From IMG/VR virus record IMGVR_UViG_3300025858_000010, positions 96,001-160,000 of that record: 64,000 bases of DNA, one strand, 5' to 3'. Numbering within the stretch: position 1 is the first letter of the stretch; the number at the start of each line of letters is the position of its first letter. Below the pieces are notes generated by a model, which was given only the letters and a program-made list of their open reading frames with translations, was not told the origin of the DNA and made no database searches. The DNA is from a virus. Its lineage: Duplodnaviria; Caudoviricetes. Shown one piece after another: positions 20,018-29,481 of this stretch. The position numbers were made by a program, and so were the translations under genes.

Positions 20018-20025
20018 TATCTTTG
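20018..20025 (+). promoter_or_regulatory. Bacteroidota-type sigma-A -7 element (TAnnTTTG)
   Basis: TATCTTTG just before ATG 20031; similar TATTTTTG at 25053 and TAATTTTG at 58932 precede other non-structural genes. Confidence 0.55.
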
Positions 20026-20030
20026 TATAA

Positions 20031-20558
20031 ATGAATAAAGAATTCCATAATAATCAACAAGTCTATATTTTTTTAGATCTAGACGGTGTTTTAGTGACCA
20101 CCAATCAGTATTATACTAATAGGAAAAAATGGCATCCCATGTATGATTGCTACAGGTTTGATGAAAAATGTGTAAAGGTTTTTAATCAAATTCTTGATGA
20201 AGCAATGCTATCAAAAAAACCAATCGTTGTATTATCAAGTGATTGGGGTAAGAAATATTCATTGGAAGTAATGAATAGAATATTTGAGTGGAATAATGTT
20301 AAATGCACTATAACAGATATAACTCCGAATCTTTGGGGAATTGAATTTATGAAAGTTCAAGAACTGGAAGCTTGTCGTGCGTCTGAAATCATAAAATATG
20401 TGTGTGATAACAATGTACAGAAATTCATAGTCATTGATGATTACGATTTGAATCCTTGGTTTGAAGCGAATTTTATTCACATAAAACGCGCTAATGAGGG
20501 AATTAAACAATTGGGCATAAAAGAAAAAATCATTAAATTTTTAAAAGAACACTGTTAA
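20031..20558 (+). CDS. HAD-superfamily phosphatase (Swiss-Army-knife RNA-repair type)
   Basis: IFLDLDGVL, VVLSSDW, RASEI, FIVIDD. Confidence 0.85.
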   Translation: MNKEFHNNQQVYIFLDLDGVLVTTNQYYTNRKKWHPMYDCYRFDEKCVKVFNQILDEAMLSKKPIVVLSSDWGKKYSLEVMNRIFEWNNVKCTITDITPNLWGIEFMKVQELEACRASEIIKYVCDNNVQKFIVIDDYDLNPWFEANFIHIKRANEGIKQLGIKEKIIKFLKEHC

Positions 20559-20662
20559 AAATAAATTTTCATTGGATTATTTTAATATATAATGAAAATT
20601 AAAAATTAAAAAGATTTATTTTTTTTTTTAATTTTTAATAATAATTTTTTATATATAATAAT

Positions 20663-22063
20663 ATGAAAATATTAAGATATAATAATTTTTTTAAGGAAAA
20701 TGTACAACCTTTTACTGGTGATGAAGAAGTTCAACTACAACCAGAAGAAGATAAATTGAACATTGATCAATATAACCAATTGAGATTATGGGATATTGAT
20801 GATGATAGCTTTAAGACAGAAGATGAAAAGAAAAGGGATTTGAAAGTAAAAAAAATTCATGATGATTTAATTAAAAAAATAAAAAAAGAACCAAAGGTTG
20901 AAGAAGTAAGACAGCCAACACCTATAGAAATTGGTGATTGGGTAGAAATTTTTGATTTTAACGATTTGAATAAAAATCAAAAAAAGTTTTTAAAATCCAA
21001 ACCCTATCATTACGTCAAAGCAGTCACTAATAGTAAAGGCAATATATATGAAGTCGGTGATCCACATATTGATATTGGATATAAAATTCCATTTAAAATG
21101 TGTAGATTTAAAAAAACAGAAAAACCGGATAGTAAATATAAAGTACTTTTTATTCAATTCGATTTGGCTATAGATACACATGGTGAAAAAGATGTCTATA
21201 ATTTTTTTAGAGGATTTGAAAATATGTCCGGATTATTTCCAGTTTTATTTTATGAAAAAATGAAAGATGATGTTTTTGTTAATTTTGTTAATTATGATGA
21301 TATTTATAAAATAAAAAAAGATTATTATGCACATGGTATTTGTTTGAAAGATTACAATTTTGTATTTTTTGGACACGTATCAAATTTCACATCTTTGTGT
21401 AAAATGATTGTTAATTATCTAAATAGAAATGATATTCCTTATTTAAAATATGGTACTTATAGTGAATATGATAATAAGGCTTATGAATTTGATCTTTTAG
21501 AAAATTTAGGATATCCATATATACCATCAATAATGACTACTAAATTAACAAATAAAATAATCAGTATAGTTGAAAATGACTTTGGATTCCCAGTTATTGT
21601 CAAAGATGTTAAAGCAAATAGAGGTACTGGCGTTTTCTTGATCAAAGATTTGAAAAACTTAATCAAAACTTTTTCACATAGATATTCTTCCAATTTGATG
21701 TTGATACAAAAATTCATACCAAACGATGGGGATTATAGGGTTATAACAATAAAAAATAAAGTTGAATTGATAATAAAGAAAAAAAGAATAGACGAAAAAG
21801 AATTTAGATCTAATGTGGCTAGAGGGGCAAAGGCTATAAAAGGAAAATTACCATCTAATATCATTAAAATGTGTGAAGATGTATCTAAACATTTAGACAG
21901 TGATATTTTAGGATTTGACATAATACAGAATAAAAATACAAAGGAATATTACATAATGGAGGTTAATTCGGCTTCACATTTCTCTACCTTTTCTGTTATA
22001 TCGGGTGTCAATATTCCAGAAATAATAGTTAATTATATTATTAAAAAAATCAAAAATAATTAA
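20663..22063 (+). CDS. RimK/LysX-family ATP-grasp ligase with N-terminal leader and SH3-like extension
   Basis: DNK, FGFPVIVK...RGTGVFL, IQKFIPNDGDYRV, FRSNVARG, GFDII, MEVNS; leader MKILRYNNFFKE. Confidence 0.88.
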   Translation: MKILRYNNFFKENVQPFTGDEEVQLQPEEDKLNIDQYNQLRLWDIDDDSFKTEDEKKRDLKVKKIHDDLIKKIKKEPKVEEVRQPTPIEIGDWVEIFDFNDLNKNQKKFLKSKPYHYVKAVTNSKGNIYEVGDPHIDIGYKIPFKMCRFKKTEKPDSKYKVLFIQFDLAIDTHGEKDVYNFFRGFENMSGLFPVLFYEKMKDDVFVNFVNYDDIYKIKKDYYAHGICLKDYNFVFFGHVSNFTSLCKMIVNYLNRNDIPYLKYGTYSEYDNKAYEFDLLENLGYPYIPSIMTTKLTNKIISIVENDFGFPVIVKDVKANRGTGVFLIKDLKNLIKTFSHRYSSNLMLIQKFIPNDGDYRVITIKNKVELIIKKKRIDEKEFRSNVARGAKAIKGKLPSNIIKMCEDVSKHLDSDILGFDIIQNKNTKEYYIMEVNSASHFSTFSVISGVNIPEIIVNYIIKKIKNN

Positions 22064-22064
22064 A

Positions 22065-23078
22065 ATGTATTCATTTAAAAAATATAAAAATTTTTTAAAC
22101 GAAAATAATTATTTGACATTTGATGATCTCGTTTTTAAATATCATCCACAACTGAATACAGAATTTGATAAAATAAACTTCAATAACGGATATGTTCTAT
22201 CGGTATTTAGACTCGATGATAAATATCTACCGGGAAGTGAATATAGTATGTTCTATTTTGATCATGAGAAAAGTAAATACATTCTACTATTTTCATCTAA
22301 AGAAGAAGTTAGTGAAAAAATGATTGAACTTCAAAAAAGAAAAGAAAAAAAGAGAATATTTACTACCGAAGATCCTTATGGCGAAGAAGATTGGAATAAC
22401 GAAAATATAGTTCAGAAAAAAAAGATAAAATATAAAAATTTTTTAAACGAAAATAATTATTTGACATTTGATGATCTCGTTTTTAAAGATCATCCATATG
22501 TAGACGATGTAAAAATTGCCAAAATGGATTTCGATAATGGTTATAGTGTATCTTTATTATTTGGTGAAAAAGTGTATTCAAACTCTAAAGACACATACGA
22601 AATGATGTGTTTTGATTACAGAGGAGAAAATATTTACGATGATGTGTTACCATATTTAACTAAAGATCAAGTTAGTGAAAAAATGATTGAACTTCAAAAA
22701 AGAAAAGAAAAAAAGAGAATATTTACTGCCGAAGATCCTTATGGCGAAGAAGATTGGAATGATGATGATAATATTTCAGAAAATTTAGATCAAAAAGAAA
22801 AAATCACCACGGTACAATTATGGAATGAATATTTACGCAAAGGCAGGAAATATGTGATGGATAAATTAAGATATAGAGATATTGAATTTGTAACAAAATC
22901 AAAAAAAGTTAAAAAATACAAAGGTAAAATATGTGGTTTTGTTCCTGCTTTTTTGTATTCAGATAAAGAAATAATAATTCTTTTCGATACCAAAGAATAT
23001 GGAGTTTTAAAAGTTAATGATAAATATCCAATTATTCTAAATCCAAAAAGTGAATACGAGGACGAAGACGATGAATAA
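22065..23078 (+). CDS. Modular protein with two leader-domain-DPYGEEDW units plus a third domain
   Basis: KYKNFLNENNYLTFDDLVFK and VSEKMIELQKRKEKKRIFTxEDPYGEEDWN each occur twice. Confidence 0.85.
   Translation: MYSFKKYKNFLNENNYLTFDDLVFKYHPQLNTEFDKINFNNGYVLSVFRLDDKYLPGSEYSMFYFDHEKSKYILLFSSKEEVSEKMIELQKRKEKKRIFTTEDPYGEEDWNNENIVQKKKIKYKNFLNENNYLTFDDLVFKDHPYVDDVKIAKMDFDNGYSVSLLFGEKVYSNSKDTYEMMCFDYRGENIYDDVLPYLTKDQVSEKMIELQKRKEKKRIFTAEDPYGEEDWNDDDNISENLDQKEKITTVQLWNEYLRKGRKYVMDKLRYRDIEFVTKSKKVKKYKGKICGFVPAFLYSDKEIIILFDTKEYGVLKVNDKYPIILNPKSEYEDEDDE
22079..22760 (+). repeat. Two pairs of direct repeats: 22079-22139/22427-22487 (61 bp) and 22306-22397/22669-22760 (92 bp, 1 mismatch)
   Basis: Direct comparison of the sequence. 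Confidence 0.9.
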
Positions 23079-23859
23079 ACTTAAAAGTTATATAAATGAT
23101 CTTTTGAAAAATAAAGTTCAACTAGATAAAGATATCTATTCTGATAAAAATGAAACAATTGAAAAAAAAGAAAATCTTAAAATTTTTATTAATTTTGTGA
23201 ATGAAATTTATAAAAATGAAAAAATATCTGTTTTCACTTTTCCCTTTCTTGAAAATATAGACGATTTTATTATAAAACCTGAAAATATTTATTTAATTAA
23301 ACAGATGTTTAAAATAATTCAAAAACAGGCGTTTTATTTTGATATAATCACATCCGGCGATTTTGGAAAATGGATATATAAATTAATCGAAGATAAAGTT
23401 ATAAAATTCAACAACAATTTGGTCGTGGTCAGTGGACAAATTAGAAAAGTTAAAGAAGATGAAAATAATAAAATTGAAATTCTGAAAAAAAGATTTAATG
23501 ATATATCATATAAAGATTTTATATTTATAGACGATAGTTTTGTATCCGGCGGAACTAGAGATAAAATAGATGAATTTTTAAGAAAAAAATTTAATTCCAG
23601 AATAATAAAAACATTCGCTTTCTATACACACTATCACGAAGACGATGACGATGTTCATTCTGAATATTGCTACGCTGATGAAAATAAAGAAAAAATTATA
23701 CCTATTCATAAGCACATGGATTTCATTAACAGTATAGATTTAAAATCATATGAAGATATAATATATTCTAATATTAAAAATGGACAAATATCAGAAATGA
23801 GAGATCTTTTTAGGATTATAAAAAGAATTAGTGAAGCAGAAAAAAAACATAATTTTTAA
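23050..23859 (+). CDS. Type I phosphoribosyltransferase-fold protein
   Basis: PRPP-binding loop FIFIDDSFVSGGT. Confidence 0.75.
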   Translation: MNTRTKTMNKLKSYINDLLKNKVQLDKDIYSDKNETIEKKENLKIFINFVNEIYKNEKISVFTFPFLENIDDFIIKPENIYLIKQMFKIIQKQAFYFDIITSGDFGKWIYKLIEDKVIKFNNNLVVVSGQIRKVKEDENNKIEILKKRFNDISYKDFIFIDDSFVSGGTRDKIDEFLRKKFNSRIIKTFAFYTHYHEDDDDVHSEYCYADENKEKIIPIHKHMDFINSIDLKSYEDIIYSNIKNGQISEMRDLFRIIKRISEAEKKHNF

Positions 23860-23904
23860 TTTTAAATATTTTTTGAAAAATAAATTGTAACTTATTTGTA
23901 ATAT

Positions 23905-24159
23905 GTGTGTCTAATTTTAAAAATAAATTATATGAAGAAAACAATTATTACAATAAGTTTAATGTTTATTTTTAATATCACAATAGCCGACATTAAAGAC
24001 TCTAAAATAGAAAATATTCATTTCCAAAAAAATGAAGTTAAAATTAAAGATATAATACCCATTACTCCTAATGAAGCAACTTTTGAAGATTTTTATGACA
24101 CCATTAATATTGAAAATTTAAAGCCAATAACACCAAGAGAAGCTGATTTTAATGAATAA
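23905..24159 (+). CDS. Small secreted protein with repeated PITPxEAxF motif (likely start MKKTII)
   Basis: Signal peptide MKKTIITISLMFIFNITIA; IIPITPNEATFED and LKPITPREADFNE. Confidence 0.65.
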   Translation: MCLILKINYMKKTIITISLMFIFNITIADIKDSKIENIHFQKNEVKIKDIIPITPNEATFEDFYDTINIENLKPITPREADFNE

Positions 24160-24514
24160 AATAGATTATATAGGGAAATTAATATTAAATTCAAATGAAG
24201 ATCATTGCTCAAATGAATTTATCGATAATGTAATGTCATTATGTTATAAATACGAAAAGAAAAAGGCAAGAATTAGAAAATATAAGAAATATTCTTTATT
24301 TACTTTACCAATTTTATTAATAATATTATTTCTATTTATTCCATTTTTAAATGAATTTATATTAATGATATTGAATAGAATAACTTTAATGATAATTTTA
24401 AGATATTATGTATTAACAACAACTTCTATTATAATATCATTTTATATAATCATGATAGAAAGAATATTTAAATTCATTAAAATGAAAAGTATTAGCCAAA
24501 ATATATGTCTCTGA
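24152..24514 (+). CDS. Two-TM membrane protein, possibly anti-sigma-like
   Basis: SNEFIDNVM cytoplasmic N-terminus followed by two hydrophobic helices. Confidence 0.5.
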   Translation: MNKIDYIGKLILNSNEDHCSNEFIDNVMSLCYKYEKKKARIRKYKKYSLFTLPILLIILFLFIPFLNEFILMILNRITLMIILRYYVLTTTSIIISFYIIMIERIFKFIKMKSISQNICL

Positions 24515-25121
24515 AATATTCAAACGCCATTTTAAATAATTGAAGAGGAACATCGTGTTCTAGACCCGGAATGATAAGAATTTGTCCATTGAATTTTTTA
24601 CTTTCTAAATAACTAATAACAAGATGCCCATCAACACCACCGTTGTATTTTCTATCTCTTTCACCAATTATCATCATTTGATCATTATTAACTTGAATAT
24701 CTAAATAATCTTGTGGTAATCTTTGTAGAGTAGGTGCTTCACTGGTTGATGCAATGGCCGGATTAAAATGTAAACCTTTCAAATTATATTTATTACAGAG
24801 GTGGAAACCAAGATGACCACCTGCCGAATAACCAATTATCATATCTGGATGTTCTTTTTCAATTATTTTTTCTAAATGTGGAAAAAGAACATCTCCCTCA
24901 TACCAATAAATTTCAGGATAAATTAATTTGTCACCGAACATAGTGAAAACATTTATAAAGTGTTGACTGCGAACAAATGGCATTAAATTGTTTTGTTCAT
25001 CTCTCATTCTACAAGAACCCGTAATAAACATTAATTTCATGTTGTTATATATTATTTTTGCAAATATAAAAAAAATTATTAATTTTGTCAAAATTAAATT
25101 AAATGCAAACTTTTTTACCAT
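24492..25121 (-). CDS. Alpha/beta hydrolase (YqiA/UPF0227-like esterase); probable start at MKLMF, 25040
   Basis: Nucleophile elbow IIGYSAGG, FNPA, GERD, HD. Confidence 0.75.
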   Translation of the reverse strand: MVKKFAFNLILTKLIIFFIFAKIIYNNMKLMFITGSCRMRDEQNNLMPFVRSQHFINVFTMFGDKLIYPEIYWYEGDVLFPHLEKIIEKEHPDMIIGYSAGGHLGFHLCNKYNLKGLHFNPAIASTSEAPTLQRLPQDYLDIQVNNDQMMIIGERDRKYNGGVDGHLVISYLESKKFNGQILIIPGLEHDVPLQLFKMAFEYFRDIYFG

Positions 25122-25537
25122 ATTCTGACTTCAAAAAAACCTCAGAAGTATTGGATTATAAAAGATTAGGAAAACAAAGAGTAGAAGCGTCCCAAATATT
25201 AGATATTTTAATGGGCACTAAGAATTCTTGGATAAATCATCCAGCTGTAAAAATGTGGCTCGGATACGATGAAATGTTGAAACTATATTTTAATAACATT
25301 GTAATTGAATGGGTGAAAAGAGGATATAAAAATAATTATAATTTATTTAAGATGGATGAAAATAAATTAATATCCCCGTGGTGGTTAGGTAATGAAAATT
25401 TCCACAGGGCAATGCGCAGCAGACTTATTGAAAAATATCCAGAATTTTATTTACCAAAATTTCCAGAAGATAATGGTTTTAATAATGGTAAATATTTATG
25501 GCCAGTAAATGAAACTAAAACTTTTAGAATGATTTAG
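25103..25537 (+). CDS. Pyrimidine-dimer DNA glycosylase-like protein (MSMEG_6728 family)
   Basis: MQTFLPY..F...LD.KRLGKQRVE..QI, NHPAVKMW, EW..RGY, PWWLG...H. Confidence 0.85.
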   Translation: MQTFLPYSDFKKTSEVLDYKRLGKQRVEASQILDILMGTKNSWINHPAVKMWLGYDEMLKLYFNNIVIEWVKRGYKNNYNLFKMDENKLISPWWLGNENFHRAMRSRLIEKYPEFYLPKFPEDNGFNNGKYLWPVNETKTFRMI

Positions 25538-25560
25538 ATTTATTTCTTTTTGTATAATCT

Positions 25561-27534
25561 TTATCTGTTTTTTGGATATTCCAAATTTAACAGTTTAGAA
25601 TTTCTTTTTTCGAATTCGTTAATCATTTTTTTTGTTTCTCTTTTACAATTGCCCAGTATGTAAACATATTTATGTTTTGGTGTGGCTATTCTATTTATAC
25701 ATGATTTTTCGTATTTTTCTATCTCCAAATTTAATAATTTTTTAGTATCTAACGGAATTTCACTGACTTTATTCCAAGTAATTTCAATATTCAATTTTTT
25801 AGCCATCTTCTTATACATACTCCTTCTATGAAAATATCTACTAGAAAACCAATCCAAATGAGGTTTATTTAAATCGAAATATATTTTATTACTTCCATAC
25901 TTTTGTCCCAAATATATAAAATTACAGGCTTGATAAATAGTTCCAAGTTCTTTAGCATCTGGATCAGAATAAGCAGTAAAAATTCTAAATTGTGTATTCT
26001 TTACCATCCATTTTATAGACCACATTATTAAAGATGAAGCTAAGTTTTTAGGTGTCCATGACGCACATGCCCCCCTACTTATTAATTTTTCTAATTGACT
26101 TGTATTATCACCCAACAATTTAGAAAATTGATTGGGCGTGGCCATAATAACAACACCAGCTAATTTATTTTCATATTTGGCTATAAATCTGTGTGTTGGT
26201 CTATTTGGCATTTTTCCTAACCATTCATATTTTTCTATAAAAATTTTAACTTCATCGCATAATATTTTGTTATTATCAGGAACGTATTCAAATGTAAAAT
26301 CAGAAACATTTAATTTTTTTTCTATTTTAAATTCATTTATTGTATTTAATCTAATGTCATATTGCCATGAATGTTTTTTATTATATATATGAAATTTAAT
26401 TAATTTGTTAAATACTTCATAATTTTTATCGATTAAAAAAATAAAATTATAACCTTGTTCTTGACAAGATTTTTGTTTAGCTAAATTTTTTTCTAAATTT
26501 TCATCGTACCATTTTTTTGATTTGATTTCAATAATTAAATTTAATGGTTCAAAATAAAAGTCAGGAAAATATATATGCTCTTTATTATTATAAATATATT
26601 TAATACTATTATGTCTTTTAATTCCTATATGGTAATATTTTTCTAAAAAATCTAATTCATAGCTGCCTTGATAATATAAATCTTTATATTTATTTATTTT
26701 AAATCCATTTTTCAACATTTTTTTGAAGAAATATTCATGTTGTGACGGAAATTCAACATCGTATTTGTCTAACATTACTTTTTTTAATTTGTTCTGTACT
26801 TCAGGATTCATCATTGGATTTTCGAAACCAAAAATTTCTAAACAAGTATCTTTGTATTTTTTTCTATTATTGAAATTTTCATTTCCGTACTTATCTTTTT
26901 TTGTTTTTGATATTTTATCTTTAATTATTTCAGATTTTAAAGGTGTAATGAATCCATATTTTTCTAAATTGGTTTTTTTAAATTTGTTTAAAAATTCTTC
27001 TTTTTTTAAAGGACAATCTACCCCGTATTTTACTTTAAAAGAATTTTTAAATTGTTCAGTTTTCATATATGAAGTTTCACCATATTTATTTAAACATGTT
27101 TTCTTTATTTTTTCTTTTATTTCTTTTGATTGTGATGGAAATTCCACACCATATTTAATTTTATTCGAATTTTTAATTTTTTCAATTATATCTACTCTTT
27201 GTAATGGAGATTCAAATCCATATTTTTTTAAATTGGTATCTTTTGCTTTTATAAATGAACACTTATTACAATAATAATTTTTATTATCTTTCGTGTTTCT
27301 TAAATAAGAATAATATGAAATATTTAAATTTTTACCACAATTATCACATTTTACATCAATTTTTATTTTAGATGTTTCAGGTAATTGTTCTGGAATTATT
27401 TCAATAACATCTCCCGAATTAATATCAAATCCTATTTTTTTATAATAACCAATATTTTTATTCGTTGTTTTTATTTCTATTTTTTCTGTTAAAATCATTT
27501 CTTTAAAGTTCAAATTATTACATTTATATATCAA
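25561..27534 (-). CDS. Fusion: KYG repeats, PD-(D/E)xK nuclease, and Mom-like GNAT DNA-modification domain
   Basis: YQGSYELDFL...YFPDFY...IIEIKS nuclease; C-terminal ISRGAC...PKNLASSLI..S...TAYSDP...GTIYQACNFIYLG is Mom-like. Confidence 0.75.
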   Translation of the reverse strand: MIYKCNNLNFKEMILTEKIEIKTTNKNIGYYKKIGFDINSGDVIEIIPEQLPETSKIKIDVKCDNCGKNLNISYYSYLRNTKDNKNYYCNKCSFIKAKDTNLKKYGFESPLQRVDIIEKIKNSNKIKYGVEFPSQSKEIKEKIKKTCLNKYGETSYMKTEQFKNSFKVKYGVDCPLKKEEFLNKFKKTNLEKYGFITPLKSEIIKDKISKTKKDKYGNENFNNRKKYKDTCLEIFGFENPMMNPEVQNKLKKVMLDKYDVEFPSQHEYFFKKMLKNGFKINKYKDLYYQGSYELDFLEKYYHIGIKRHNSIKYIYNNKEHIYFPDFYFEPLNLIIEIKSKKWYDENLEKNLAKQKSCQEQGYNFIFLIDKNYEVFNKLIKFHIYNKKHSWQYDIRLNTINEFKIEKKLNVSDFTFEYVPDNNKILCDEVKIFIEKYEWLGKMPNRPTHRFIAKYENKLAGVVIMATPNQFSKLLGDNTSQLEKLISRGACASWTPKNLASSLIMWSIKWMVKNTQFRIFTAYSDPDAKELGTIYQACNFIYLGQKYGSNKIYFDLNKPHLDWFSSRYFHRRSMYKKMAKKLNIEITWNKVSEIPLDTKKLLNLEIEKYEKSCINRIATPKHKYVYILGNCKRETKKMINEFEKRNSKLLNLEYPKNR

Positions 27535-27592
27535 TTTTCAAAGTTCAAATTATTATATTCATATGAATGAACAAAGTTTGAACAAAAAAAAA
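27533..27592. repeat. Copy 1 of an approximately 60-bp direct repeat with internal dyad symmetry
   Basis: AAAGTTCAAATTATTATATTCATATGAATGAACAAAGTTTGAACAAAAAAAAA; near-identical copy at 29423-29481. Confidence 0.9.
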
Positions 27593-27594
27593 TC

Positions 27595-29388
27595 CTAAGA
27601 ATTAAATTTGAATTTTAAATGTCCCGAGTCATATATTCTATAGATTCTTCTTTCTAACATTATTTCGTGTTCTGTTTTATTTGAATCAAAACCTTCTTTT
27701 ATTAATTTATCCTTTCTAAAATTAAAACGATGCATTCTAATTCCATCTATTACATAATAATAATTTGGTCTGGTTTTATGTTCTAGTTTAAAACCTAATA
27801 TTTTGTATAAATGACCAGATGACCAAGATCTATCAGCATAACTAATTACTTCTATCGGATTATATTTTTCAATGAAATATTTAAAAAGTTTACTAGCTCC
27901 TCCCACAACATTAGTATTCAATTTATTACAAAATCTTAATAATTCGTATGAATTCGCTGTTGATTTTTGACCCATTGATTTTCTTAAAGATCCAAATGTC
28001 ATGAGAGAAACAAGTTCATTTTCGTAAAAAAGTCCTATTTTAATTTTCGAACCTACGTGTCCTTGAATATGATTGACATCTAAAAATGTTTTAGATGATA
28101 TTGTATTTATTTCTTTTATTTCACATTTTCTAGCATATATTTTATTTGATTCGCCTAAGATATTTAATATTCTAGATTTTACTATATCTTGTTTATAGAT
28201 CCAATCGTCTTCGTAAATATGTATGAGTTTAATTCCATTTTTTTCGGATAGTTCTGTTTTTTCTAAATGATAATTATTTGATTTATATAATTCATTATGC
28301 CAATAAACACCATTAAATTCAAATCCTAATTTGAGTTCTGGAAGATATATATCTATCTCATAAGGCTTTATAATTTCTCTATTATTACTCAATATTTCAC
28401 CACAATAATTTAATTTTATAAAATCAATAAAATCTATTTGAAAGCCTGAATTATTATAACTATTAATTGGATTGCACACAGTACATAATTTAGTTTTACA
28501 TTTTAATCTATTATACAATAACATTGAAGATATTGTGAATTCATGTGATTCTCTACAATCGCATTTAAAAGTATAATTAGAAGAATCTATTTTAATAATA
28601 TTAATATTTTCGAATTTTTTTAAAATATTCTCAATTTTGGTTTTCTTTGATTTTTCTTTGATTATATCGGATTTCATCGGATTATATACACCATAATTAC
28701 TCATTAGTGTTTGTAAAGATTTTTTTCTTACTTCCATATTTTGCAAGGGTGAACGTTCTTTATATTTATCTATATTTGTTTCTATTAATTTGTTAACGAT
28801 TTCTTTATTTTTCAAAGGAACATCGACCCCATATTTTTTTATATTAGTTTTTATTATTTTCAATCTAACTTCATCATTTTGTAACGTGCATTCTACTCCA
28901 TATTTTTTCAAATTAGTATTTTTTAAATTTTGTAAAATTTCTCTATTTTTCAATGGATGATCTACACCATATTTTTTTAAACATTCATTTTTAGTTTTTT
29001 CTTTATATTCATTTGTCATTGAGTAATATTCAACACCATATTTTTCTATATTTGTTTTTTTTATTTTATTTTTTATATTTTCATCTTGAAAAACATTTTC
29101 TACTCCGTATTTTTGAATATTTGTCAACTTAGTTTTTTCCCATTTACATTCCGCACAATAATATTTATCAGATAAATCTTTAGTGATTTTTCTATAATCG
29201 AAATATCTTATCTTTTTTTCTTTTCCACACGAATCGCAAATAACATCTATTCTAACTTTAGAATATTTTGGTAAATTTTTTATATCAATATTAATAGTAT
29301 CACCAGATTTGATACTATTATTATAATTTTTATAATAAGATAAATTTTTATTATGAACTTTAATATCAATATTGTGATTTTTTATCAT
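27595..29388 (-). CDS. Hef-like free-standing endonuclease
   Basis: Same architecture as 17220: KYGV repeats, EIDIYLPELKLGFEFNGVYWH, ELLRFC...GGASKL...SYADRSWS. Confidence 0.8.
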   Translation of the reverse strand: MIKNHNIDIKVHNKNLSYYKNYNNSIKSGDTINIDIKNLPKYSKVRIDVICDSCGKEKKIRYFDYRKITKDLSDKYYCAECKWEKTKLTNIQKYGVENVFQDENIKNKIKKTNIEKYGVEYYSMTNEYKEKTKNECLKKYGVDHPLKNREILQNLKNTNLKKYGVECTLQNDEVRLKIIKTNIKKYGVDVPLKNKEIVNKLIETNIDKYKERSPLQNMEVRKKSLQTLMSNYGVYNPMKSDIIKEKSKKTKIENILKKFENINIIKIDSSNYTFKCDCRESHEFTISSMLLYNRLKCKTKLCTVCNPINSYNNSGFQIDFIDFIKLNYCGEILSNNREIIKPYEIDIYLPELKLGFEFNGVYWHNELYKSNNYHLEKTELSEKNGIKLIHIYEDDWIYKQDIVKSRILNILGESNKIYARKCEIKEINTISSKTFLDVNHIQGHVGSKIKIGLFYENELVSLMTFGSLRKSMGQKSTANSYELLRFCNKLNTNVVGGASKLFKYFIEKYNPIEVISYADRSWSSGHLYKILGFKLEHKTRPNYYYVIDGIRMHRFNFRKDKLIKEGFDSNKTEHEIMLERRIYRIYDSGHLKFKFNS

Positions 29389-29422
29389 TGGAAGTTATTG
29401 GTTTTTTTCTATTATATATATT

Positions 29423-29481
29423 AATTTTAAAGTTCAAATTATTATATTCATATGAATAAACAAAGTTTGAACAAAAAAAAA
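29423..29481. repeat. Copy 2 of the approximately 60-bp direct repeat
   Basis: One mismatch to copy 1 over the 53-bp core. Confidence 0.9.

Noticed and set aside
26723-27274. Antisense ORFs in the track (e.g. 26723, 7749, 17444, 21481, 32087, 34216, 37309, 48585, 55539)
   Set aside because: They are shadows of well-supported genes on the opposite strand, with F/L/S/I-rich composition and no motifs.
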